64,000 bases of DNA from Fimicolochytrium jonesii. Taxonomy: Eukaryota. The notes beneath the pieces were generated by a model. The model was not told the origin of the DNA and searched no databases. It saw only the letters and a program-made list of their open reading frames with translations. The DNA lies in the NCBI RefSeq assembly GCF_025526975.1, contig NW_026515674.1, positions 372,001-436,000 on the forward strand, in the 5' to 3' direction. Of the stretch, positions 24,101 to 34,980 are shown piece after piece (position 1 is the first letter of the stretch; the number at the start of each line of letters is the position of its first letter). The translations under genes were made by a program, and so were the position numbers.

Positions 24101-25232
24101 TTGTACAGTTGAAGGAAGGCAGGCCATCAAAGAGAGCAATGGCATCACCCCTTTAGTCAACCTCCTAACCGGAACAAATCAAGCACTCTTGGTCAACGTC
24201 ACGACCGCAGTTGGAGCATGTGCTTTGGACAGTAAGGCGTAATTTTTGCGTTATGGACGTCTTCTCGATCAGGTTCTGACCCTCTGTCCTCTTCTCCAGC
24301 GGATTGCATGGCCATCATCGATCGGTTGGACGGAGTCCGTCTGCTTTGGTCGTTATTGAAATCGACCAATCCTTTGGTTCAAGCTTCCGCCGCTTGGGCC
24401 ATTTCGCCCTGCATCGAACATGGTACGCATCTTCAGCTCCCAAAGTCTTCGCAAGGCTGGGGAGCCCAGATCCTGACATGCGTGTTTCTGCAACAGCCAA
24501 GGATGCAGGAGAGATGGTCCGCTCGTTCGTCGGTGGATTGGAGCTCATTGTGTCTTTGCTGAAATCCGACGATGTGGACGTGCTCGCCTCTGTTTGCGCG
24601 GCCATCGCCAACATCGCGAAGGATGGTACGACATATCTCTTATCAAAGGCATGCATCTTCCCTGGCTTATGTCTTACTTATGGCTGGTTAATAGAGGAGA
24701 ACTTAGCCGTGATAACTGACCACGGCGTCGTGCCAATGCTCGGCAAGCTCACCAACACCCGCAACGATCGCCTTCGTCGTCATCTCGCGGAAGCCATCGC
24801 TAGGTGTTGCCATTGGGGCAACAACCGAGTGGCGTTCGGGACAGCTAGTGCAGTCGCGCCTTTGGTCAAGTATCTGCGATCGCCGGATGAGGAGGTGCAT
24901 CGATCGACGGCGAGGGCGTTGCATCAGTTGTCTATGGATCGTACGTGACATTCTTGTTGTGTGCAACTGGGATCTGAGAGTTCTAATTTCGGCCATTTCA
25001 TTGCAGCTGATAATTGCATTACGATGCACGAGAACGGTGTGGTACAACTGTTGCTTGGAATGGTGGGGTCTCCGGACCAAAACCTGCAAGAAGCGGCTGC
25101 TGGCACCATCGGGAACATCCGTCGGTGAGTTTCATCCACCAGTCTGCAAGGGTGAAGCAACGCCTGAGGACTGAAGCCTTATAAATCTACAGGTTGGCTT
25201 TAGCAAGTGAAAAAGCTGCCATGGCGATTTGA
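21175..25232 (+). CDS. ODAD2: Outer dynein arm docking complex subunit 2 (armadillo-repeat protein ARMC4/ODAD2), multi-exon
   Basis: Start [24 protein letters not shown] segment. [39 protein letters not shown] repeats [38 protein letters not shown] and [14 protein letters not shown]. Stop TGA at 25230-25232. Confidence 0.93.
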
Positions 25233-25527
25233 GGCTTGATTGGCGAGAAGTGACAAATCCGCAAAGACAATAATAACGAAGAACTCGTTTCGAGCATGAC
25301 ATTCAAGTACACTTGCGTACGTTGCTACTCCAGTGGGCTTCCATATGTATCCTAAATATACAATAAAGTAAATGCCGCTCGGAAAAGCTGCTTATCGCAC
25401 AGCGAACCTCACCCATCGAGTTCATATGCTAGATTGCCCCGGACTGCTCACTGCCTTATGTTCCGACGTGTTCAGCACGGCCCCCGACTCCAGCTCCCTC
25501 CCTATTCTCGCCTCAAAACAATATCGC

Positions 25528-26405
25528 TCATCTGCCACGACGGTCTTCCCGTGGGACCCCCCTGCCTCGATTGGCCCTCCTCTCCTGAACGCTTTTGCTA
25601 GCCGTTGGTCCGCGGACGAATGCAAAGTTTGCATGTATCGGTTGGTCCATAAGCGAGCTTCCATCTAAACCATCCACCGCGGCAAGCGCTTCTTTGTGTG
25701 TCTCGTATTCGACGAGGGCATATCCCTGAAAGCCAGAGGTTCGTCAGGTGTACTTATTAAACAGCGACGAGTCACTGTTGCAGTGATGCATCGGATGTAA
25801 ACACAAACCTTCACGAAACCTGTCCGACGGTCCAAATTCAAGTGCAGGTTCTTGATTTCCCCATATTCGGCGCATCGTTCAGTCACATCTTCCTCATTCG
25901 CCTCCTCGTGGACTCCAGTTATCAGGATGATCCATCCTTCTACAGCTGTTGGTCGTGGTTATGAAAACCCGGCCTCGAGATCGCACAAAAAAGCGGAAGC
26001 AAACGTACATCTTTGTGCCTGTCCTGCACCCACTGCGTTATCTAGCGACTCGAACGGCCCAGCGGATATGCTGCTGTCCCTGTCTACGAGCGGAAAGACT
26101 ATTCAGCGACCATTGTTCACTTCCAGACAATGGGGTGTCCACGTTTGCAAGTCCGAGGATCAAGTCTGACCTTCTCGTCTTTCCTGGAATCCACGTCCCT
26201 TCTTCTTTGTCGCACTGTTCTTCAGAGAGTCGATGGTGTCCGTAGGGGCTGATGGGACCATAAGCATTCGAGTCAGCATAAACCGTTCAACTGATCTGAC
26301 CCTCAAACCAACAAGCGTGCACATAAACATACCTTCGTCGACCTGCATTTCGTCGACCCCGGCGTCCAGGTCGACCGCCATCTCGTAGTTATCTGTAGCA
26401 GCCAT
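25528..26405 (-). CDS. RBM8A: Exon junction complex core protein Y14/RBM8A (RRM)
   Basis: KKKGRGF motif; [47 protein letters not shown]. Stop TGA at 25528-25530. Confidence 0.95.
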
Positions 26406-28000
26406 GGTGGTGTTCTCGTGAGTTGGTTGCGTCGTTGATCTTGAGTTGGGGACTCTAGAAGTTCCAGGGACTCCAATCTGAGACGGGTCTCGTGGGGTGG
26501 TCGAGTAAATTTGGAGGGAGACTACTGTAGAGAGTCAAGATACAACCCGAGTCCCCTTGTCCGTGTTCTCCTGTTTCCATTCGCGGTGTGTGCTCAATTG
26601 CAACTATTTACGTAGTCGTCCATCGCCGGACATGCGTATGTACAGTACGACTCGATGTGCTTCAAGAGGAGAGAGGAGAGGAAGACATGGGCCTTCCCGA
26701 TGGCTGCCGAGACACATGGCCCCAGGGGATACTACATACATCCAAAACTTTCGATTCCACATTACATACTGACAGAAAAAACTCCGACCCTATGCGACTC
26801 TAATCTTCAACATCTAAACCAAACTTGCCGTACATACTCCGAGTGGTTGTTCCCTCTTTCTCAGCTAGCTTGCCCATGAGTAGTTGTCTGAACCGCAGAG
26901 CAGAATCTTTAGAGGTCGATTGGCCCAGCACCAAGATCTTGAGTAATCAAGTGCCGGAAAGAACCCACCCAACGTCCTTGACCTCATTATAAGCATGTAA
27001 GCGCTTGATGTGATTGTTGATCTCTTGCTCGATGTTGACATCAGCCCTGCGCAATGGATCAAACGGGACGAACATACGCCAATATGAAACGAAGCGTTCT
27101 TACCCCAGACTTCTCTCAGCAGCACGGGTGTCCTCCTCCAACTCCTCCATCTTCCGACGAAGAACAGCTACCTCAGCTTCCAAAGCGGCCTAAAGTGAAG
27201 GCTAGTCGTTCACCTGATCTGTTCCTAGGCCTCAAAGTCACCAAACCTTACCTTTGCAGAAGCAGCTGGGGAGACTACCGGACACAGGCTTCGCAATTCC
27301 CACGTGATGTGATTACATATGGTTTGAGATTCCTGAGAATTGGAGAAGAATCCTACCTCTTGTGCCAGTACACCACCAGGTTCTGGAGTCCTACTGGGAT
27401 TATTCTTTGCTTTCTGTATACAGGGAGTTAGTGTTGCTATTAACGTGCAAGCAAGATAACAAGAACGACAATTACATCTCTCCCTGCGCTAGTAGTGATT
27501 CCAGGGCAGCTTGTTCCTCAGTCGCCCCACCCACTTCGTGCACTTCTTTGGCCGAGAGCGGCCGACCTGCCTTGGTGAACTCCGCCAGTATTCTGCTCCG
27601 AGCATCCCCACCGACTTCTGCCATCGCCGCTATTGTGATGTCGACGGTTGCAAGCTTTCACACGGAGAGCGGTTTCGCAAGGAACTTTGCGGCTCAGACT
27701 CAGGTTGTGGTGTATGCTCGCAGATCGTTGTCGCGAGAAAGTTGTGAACGAAAGTTGTTGAGCCTCCTGCGGCGCAACGAGAACGCGTTACGAGGCGTTA
27801 CGGCTCGTTCTTGGCTCCATGCTCAGCCTTCTCGTCCAGAATTCCCATCGCAGTCTGCAGTGCTTCCCATATATATTCGTCGGAATAGTATATAGCAAGT
27901 CGCCTCTGAAACGGATACACCTGTGCATACACCGTCAACGAACAATATTGTCTTGCGAACCTCCACCTTCTTTCTGACGCGATCGTAGACTTGCAACATC

Positions 28001-29191
28001 ATGGCAAGAGATCGGTGGGCGACCGTCCAGGTGCGTGTTGGTCTTTCTTGAGGGGGAGAGATAGAGAGTTGAGCTCAACGGTTGTCACATACAAGGTGGA
28101 CAACGAAGAGGATGTTGAACTGGGGTCGGTGAACACCCTTACGACGTCAAACCTGGACCGCTTCCTTCAAGAGGTAAGAACGCCAACACTATTCCCACAA
28201 CTCTCAGGTTGCCCTTGCCCAACACTTTTGCGTTATCAGGCGGAGAGCATCACAACCGCCATAACGACGATAGCGCAAAACGCCCGCGACATCCGTAGCG
28301 TGCATCAGCGCACCCTCCTGGAGACCAGCACGAGTCAGCAATCAGGTAATACATCCCGCCGCTATGAACATGGGGACTGCAGTGATTGACGCAAATACCA
28401 TTTCGATTCCGAAGGACTAGTGCAGCAAGTAGATGGGCTTACGGGGACCACAACCGATCTGATTCAAGAGACCCGCACGAGGATCAAGCAACTATCGGCC
28501 ATCCCGGCGTCGTCTCAAGCCGACGCGCAGATCCAAGCCAGGCAACAAAAAGCATTGGCCAACAAGCTCATGACCATCGCTCGCGACTTCCAGAATGTTC
28601 AACAAGAAGCCAAAACCGCGTACAAAGGCCAAATGGCAAGGCAATACAAGATCGCTAAGCCCAATGCCACACAGGATCAGATCGACGATGCATTGAACGG
28701 TGATGGGGGACCGATCTTTCAGCAAGAACTGCTGTCGTCGCGTATCGGTGCCCAAAGACAGGCATTGGAAGCAGTTCAGAACCGCCATGAGGAACTCGCC
28801 AAGATAGAGAGGAGTATAACTGAGCTGTTTACATTATTCCAAGACATGCAAGCCCTGTTGGATGTATGTGATCAGTTTGGTTTACGCCGGAAAGCTGCTA
28901 CTGTTTGGATGCTAACTAGTTACGCGATAGGCTCAACAAGAGCAAATTGTGACCATCGAGCAACACGTCGAGACCACCCATACGAACGTGGAAGGCGGAG
29001 GAAGGGAGCTGACTAAAGCAGTCAGAAGCGCCAAAAGCGCCAGGAAGCTGAAACGCATCTTAGCCTGCGTGCTCCTCATCATCCTCATCGCGGTCGTTCT
29101 AGGCCTTCTTGCCCATTTCGGTGTCTTCGATAAGAAAAACAACGACTCGCAGCCCGCGCCTGCCGCAACCCCGACCGCTCTCTCCCTTTGA
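28001..29191 (+). CDS. Plasma-membrane-type syntaxin (Sso1/STX1-like Qa-SNARE), multi-exon
   Basis: N-peptide MARDRW; Habc helices; RQYKIAKPNAT; SNARE motif VQNRHEELAKIERSITELFTLFQDMQALLD...QQEQIVTIE; C-terminal TM ILACVLLIILIAVVLGLL. Confidence 0.92.
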
Positions 29192-29480
29192 AGGATACTG
29201 CTCCGTACATCCGCGGCGCACCTTCCTTTCTTCCTAGCCTGTATATGTAGTACATGTAGCATACACCCTTATTCTTCTCCTGTCGAAAGTTTGTAACTAG
29301 CTAGATACCCCCAGATTACGAACACCTGTCGTGACAGTGCGACATGCGTCACCACTGGCTAATATTGATACTATTTCATTACACTCGTCCATTACCACCA
29401 TGTCGAGTTATGGAGTTCGCTGCATCAGAGTGGGCCGCATCAATGGGGTGGTTCAGAGTGGCCATCACCTCCGGGAATCC

Positions 29481-30209
29481 TCATGGGCTCACCGGTTCCG
29501 GAATCAAGGACCGTCCATGTTCCCATCTCTCTGTGACTCTAGCCACCGCTTGGAAGAGCTGATCTCCGCTGGCCAGACTCTCGAGCCGATGTTCTTCACC
29601 TGGCAGCTCCTTGAACTCGATAAAGCCCATGACGGGGCTCTTGATCCTCAATTTGATTTTGCTTTTCAGCGAGTGTGCAAGCAGCTTCGTGTCTTCCACG
29701 GGAATCACGTCGTCTTTTGTGCCGTGGAACATGTCGGCGGGCACCTCCGCAGGCCACCAGACGTTAGCCTCGCGATGTGCATCGTCCAGGGCCCCGAACT
29801 TCCTGACATGGGCCTGGGCCAGCAAGATGGTAGGCCCAACCCATCCGACCAACTCAGCATTCTTGTCCGACTCCAACACGCTGTTCCTCCTGCCTGCGAC
29901 AAGGACCCGCGCCGCTCTCTTCCCGCCGTCATCGCCGCTCTTAGCAGTCAACGCGTCGTACCCGCGTTGACAGAGCGTGATGGCGACACTTCCTCCATAG
30001 CTGCTCCCCACGACAACGTCGGGCTGGAAGTCTCGAATGGCTTGCGCTTGCTGCCTGACAACCCAACCGTAGTCTTGCGCCTGCTCCGGCGTGTATTCAA
30101 CACAGTGCGTGTGGTATCGGGTGGATAGGTGTTGGAGTTTTGGGGTGGTCTTGGAGGAGACGCGCCCGTGGATATACAGGATGCGAGGGTGATCGGGTAC
30201 GCCGGTCAT
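29481..30209 (-). CDS. Small alpha/beta hydrolase, YqiA/UPF0227-like, intronless
   Basis: ILYIHG oxyanion segment, nucleophile elbow VVVGSSYGG, HGTKDDVIP (Asp) and GEEHRL (His). Likely start is Met at 30209; the ORF is open to 30299. Confidence 0.8.
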   Translation of the reverse strand: MTGVPDHPRILYIHGRVSSKTTPKLQHLSTRYHTHCVEYTPEQAQDYGWVVRQQAQAIRDFQPDVVVGSSYGGSVAITLCQRGYDALTAKSGDDGGKRAARVLVAGRRNSVLESDKNAELVGWVGPTILLAQAHVRKFGALDDAHREANVWWPAEVPADMFHGTKDDVIPVEDTKLLAHSLKSKIKLRIKSPVMGFIEFKELPGEEHRLESLASGDQLFQAVARVTERWEHGRSLIPEPVSP

Positions 30210-30595
30210 GATGCCGAGTGAGTTTCGGAGAGCAGTGAACTGAAGTACGTGCAGACGGCGTCTCCGGAGTGGAAGTAGATGGAGAAAAACCTTGGGCATG
30301 GAGTTACAGGAGCCTCAAGGTCAAACCTTTCGAAAGCCAAGGCCAAGAAGGCCACGAGAGCGCCAGGAAGGAGAGGCGGGGATCAGGAGGATCAGGGCGC
30401 GTGTGTCACGGTACGCAAAGCGGCCTGTGAGGGGTGAGGCCCAGCAGTTAGGCATAGCTGGGCATACTGTACTGTATTCACCCAGCCCCATTGACCATTG
30501 CGTCTTGCGTCCTCTGACTGCAATTTTGCTGCTGCACAGGTCCATTGGTATCCGAAGTCAGGCCTGTAGGTAGCTGGTGAACGGCTGCGATCACC

Positions 30596-33283
30596 ATGCA
30601 CTTGTCTCTAGTCGAGTCGATTGTCGCCGACGCCCAGCTCGAGCTTCTCTTCCCTGCCACAGATGCTCAAGATGCAGGAAGCATCCTGGGGGCGCCCGCG
30701 CGCAAAACAGCCTACTATGGTGAGTGCGTATACCAAAGGAGGGTTGAGGCCCGCATCCAGCATAGCAAACTCTCACACAACCGCTCACACAACCGCTCGA
30801 ACAGATGAGCGACTGCATTGTTATCTCATGTTCCGGCCGTCCCAGGCGCCGAGTGCGACTCGTGTCACTCCGGCAATGTTAGCAGAGATAGCGGCTAAGG
30901 GCCTCGATGCCCAGCTATCCGCTACACTGAGCAACTCGGCCCCGGGAAGCTCCACACTGAAACCGAACTCTGTGACAGTGGCACCCCCTCCAGCGGCCCA
31001 CCACCTGGGTCTTGGTCAGGGCGCACGACACCGCGCCGCGACGACAAACGTGCCTGTGGCGAGGAAGCCCACACGCCCGCCCATGTCGCAGGCGGGATAC
31101 CTGGCTAGCCCAGTTCTCAATAAGCGTACCACATCATTGAAGCCGGCGCTGGGACCGCCAAGTCCCGCTGCAAGCGCAGCCGCCGTGTCATCCGAAAGTG
31201 CTCTCAAAACGCCAACGCCGCCTCCAAAGCCGAAATGGAGAGGGACCAAGGAAGAAGTGTGCCATACACAACAATATAGTCCGATAAGCGTCTCTGGTGA
31301 ACCGATCCTGGTTGCCGAGCAGAGCTGCTGTCTTTTCCCGTTCAACATCCCAATAGGTATGGTGCGCTTCATGTCTGAACGCCCCTTGTTTTCTCTCATT
31401 TTCATCCGTGCGGATGTCGCACTCACCAGATTCCCGTCCTCGCTTCACAAGTATGCGGGAAGCCAAAGGGAAATCAAACTGCGCAACATCCATGGCAGCT
31501 TAACGTCAGTATCACTCTCAACTCCAGATCTACGGATGATGTTTCAGGGAACGGAGAAGCGGATCTCTGTGACGCCGACGACTTTGATACCCCGAACCTG
31601 CTCGCGGGCCTAGCCAACGGTGAGTAGTCTCACGGGCAAGAACCCACATTACCGGATTTACGCGCATAATACATATACTCATCGTCCCACATTTTCATAG
31701 ATCCAAGTTTCAATCCGGACAGGTTGCCAACACATCGCCTTCCTCACCATCTGCGCAAGCCCACCATGGGCCTCCTTCTTTCCGTGCCACGGACGGTAAA
31801 GGCTTCAATGAAGCTTTCTCCAATCTTGGACATGCGATTGAACATCGTCAACTCTGGAAACAACGCTGCATTGCTCTCCTTTGCGTTGGCGAACAGGCTG
31901 GGCGACGGGCTAATATACACAGTCGAGGACGTGTCGACGGATTTGACTAGCGCTGCTATGACGCAAATAGGGGCATTAACGGCGAGAGAGAAGTTGGTAA
32001 GGTCCGCGTCGGTCTTCGCAATCGCTCTATGGAGAGACCAGCAGATTGACTGACGAGGTTGTTCCCTCGCCGGCACAGTTAAGCCACGACGAAGAGCTGC
32101 ATGTGCTCTATCAGGTGTCACTCCTGACGCAAAAGTATGGGATCAACGGCTCAATGGAGATTCCGAGCTTAAGCACGAGTCCAGCAACATCCCGGGTTGC
32201 ATCCTTAGCCTCCTTGGCATCCAACGGCGATGGCGGCGCCGCCCCATTGAAGCGCAATCTAACCATCACGATCACCGGTTCCCCGACAATCCCCGGGCTG
32301 CGGGGCCAAAGCATATCCTCACATTGGTTTGCGCCTCTGACATTCGATAACATGCCCGGCAAGACCATGTTGAACATAGTACCAACTTATGTCCAGAAGC
32401 ACGATTTCCCGGAAATGCCGAGCCACGCAGAGGATGTTGAGTTCGATGGACTGCAGTTGTCCCTTACCGGTGAGCTTCGTTTCGCCGCTGCGAGAAACCA
32501 GGCAACTTGGGGACTCGCGCAGGTGTCTGAACAGCATTCCACCATGCAGTTCTCGGCCAGGTCCAGCTTCACAAGATGTTCACGGTCCAGCTGTTCCTGA
32601 TGAACTGCTCGAAGGATATATGGGACCTCACCATTATCATTCCCATGAAACCACAAGCGGCTCCCTCCAAGTCTGTTCCCTCCAAGTCTGTGGATGATGC
32701 GCCGCCAAGGTAGGTTACGCGTACGGGAATACTCTTGGTGCGAGTTGGCCGCAGCTCGGATGAATGCGTGTATGATACGCTGGCTGTGACGCTCAGTGTT
32801 TGCTTTCCAGATCAAAGGTTGGCCTGCAGTTCGATTTAAGGATGAGTGATAAAGGTAGGTCGGCCTGTTACTTCGTCGGAAGATATGCCTTTGTATCGGT
32901 GTGTACCAACGTCCATGCCATTCGCTCCCTGCCCTGCTTAGACCTACTTCGCAACTACCAAGCGCTGGAAAGCCGTGAAGTCGCCATCGTGTGCCTAGAG
33001 AACTTCGTGGAACTCGGGTACGTTGGACATCATCCCGCTGTGTTTCGCCACGTTCGCTTCGCCCTTTATTCTTCCTACTCATTCCTGCCCACATACTGTT
33101 GTATACTGTAGACCTCTCCGCCCCGGCGCCTGCGAGACCCTCAACCTGCATTTCGTCGGCATGAAGGGTATGTTTCACTACATTGACCATATACAGCTGC
33201 GTGACCGCATTTCGGGGCGCACGCTGAATCTGAGAGACGTGTGTGAGATACATGTGGATACAACTGTGGGAGGTTGGAAATAG
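30596..33283 (+). CDS. TRS65: TRAPP II subunit Trs65 / TRAPPC14-like, multi-exon
   Basis: Spliced N-terminus ...RKTAYY|DERLHCYL. C-terminal Trs65-like VQLHKMFTVQLFLMNCS and ELG|PLRPGACETLNLHF...IQLRD. GT-AG introns. Stop TAG at 33281-33283. Confidence 0.7.
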
Positions 33284-33373
33284 ACCATTGGGCGCTCGGG
33301 ATATGTGGGAAATTGTCCGAACAACGCGTTTATCTTGAGAAATTTCGTATGTACGTTGTAGAACTCCCTATGG

Positions 33374-34574
33374 TCACTGCGTCACAGGTAAGCTATCCGG
33401 ACTTATGGCCGATGAGGCTTCAGTGACTTTATGGAGTTCGATATGGATCGCCGAGTTCGATCGCTTTTCTGTTTTCAGTTCCTCGTCCTGCAAGCAGACC
33501 ACAGTCAGCATGCAGTCTTTCTCAATGAACATGTGACTCAGCTTACCACATCCTCCTCCTCAACGTCATCGACTAGTTGCACCGTTGATGTAGTGATCAC
33601 CCAACTTATCTTGCCCTTGTTGTGTTCCTTCAAGCATAAAGCAAGTCTCATAGCGGATTGCAGAGCAGCTCCCAGGCCATGTATAGTCAACGTAGTGAAA
33701 CTAGAGTGCGGAAGATACACTCTTCAGAGTCATTGACAAAGACATGGACACAACACAACACAAACCTGTTTCCGTCTATCAGCTTCTGCGCATATATGAT
33801 CAGTGCTTTGAAGTTGGATTTTCGCGAGACATAGATATCGTTGGCTCGGGTTGCCGGATGCTGTGCAAGGCGTTTATGTCGGCGAGGTTCAGATGCGTCT
33901 GATGCCGATGCTTCCATGATTGCCGATGCCGCTACTGCCGCCGTGTCTACCTGCTTTGCTTTCGTTCCTAATTTTTGCTTTTTGCTGGGGCTCGTTGAGG
34001 AAGCGGTCGTGTCTCGTATACCCGCTGTGTTCGAAGGACCGACTTTGCCATCCGCAGGGTCCTCAAGGGGGCGCTTACGATTTGCTGGCGGCATATCCCC
34101 CGCCTTTACTCCACCCAGTGTCCCAGCTTGCGCATCCTCCACCTTTACTTCATCTAGCGTCTCAGCTTGTACGTAGTCCATCTTTACTTCATCCAGCGTC
34201 CCAGCTTGCGCATCCCCCACCTTTACTTCATCTAGCGTCTCAGCTTGTACGTAGTCCATCTTTACTTCATCCAGCGGCACAGTTTGCACATCCTCCACCT
34301 TTACCCTACTCAGCGGCTCAGTCTTCTGGTCCCCAACCCCACCACCACCCGCCGCTCTCCTCGCCGCCGCCTCTTCCTTCTCCTTGCGCTGCAGTATCTG
34401 TCGTTGCTTCAGCGTCAACTTCTGCTTCCGCTGACCAGGCGCATTGATGTCGTCGCCAGAGAGCTGCTCCAACTTCAAATTTAGTTCCGCCGGTGTCGTT
34501 TCGCTTGTACCCTGGAAGCCCCCCCGGCCGCCTCGTGATCCGCCTCTTTGCGCGCATCGTTTCGTCCTCGCCAT
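33374..34574 (-). CDS. POP7: RNase P/MRP subunit Rpp20/Pop7 (Alba fold) with long N-terminal extension, 3 exons
   Basis: HKRL...NDIYVSRKSNFKA...TLTIHGLGAALQSAMRLAL...TSTVQLVDDV|...RSNSAIHI is the Rpp20/Pop7 pattern. ATG at 34574, stop TGA at 33374-33376. Confidence 0.85.
34095..34304 (-). repeat. Coding minisatellite, 39-bp unit with a 78-bp higher-order period
   Basis: ctttac recurs at 34104, 34143, 34182, 34221, 34260 and 34299. 34141-34198 is nearly identical to 34219-34276. It encodes 13-aa units such as LDEVKMDYVQAET and LDEVKVEDAQAGT. Confidence 0.95.
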
Positions 34575-34980
34575 CGTTGGGTATGGAAGATTCCCTCGGG
34601 CCCTAGTTTCAGCAGTTCCGGTGAATATTGTCAAAGTGGGCGACAAAGTTCTCACGCACGTCTGAGTTAATTGTCGTCGCCAAATGGACTTCAAAAAAAA
34701 CAGGAAGGTGCGACTGAGGTGCGAGTCCGAATGCACAACCCGCGCGCGACGCGAATTGTCGCCCAGCATTTGGAAATCAAAAAGCTGCCTTGCAACTCGC
34801 CTCCACTTTGCCACTGGGACCTGACTGGGACCAAGTTCTTTGTGGAATTTGCTCCAGAGAACGACGGTGGCTCGGCGATCAACTTCTTGACCCAGAGGGT
34901 ACCTAGCTACCGCCATGCCGCCGAAGAAAAGCTCTGTGGACCAGCCTCCGGGCAGGGGGAAGGGGAGTTCCATTTTTGAA

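Noticed and set aside
30690..30708. E2F-like site gcgcgcaaaa
   Set aside because: It falls within the first coding exon of the TRS65-like gene.
34095..34304. CRISPR-like array
   Set aside because: The units are contiguous tandem repeats with no unique spacers, they lie in frame in a eukaryotic CDS, and there are no cas genes.
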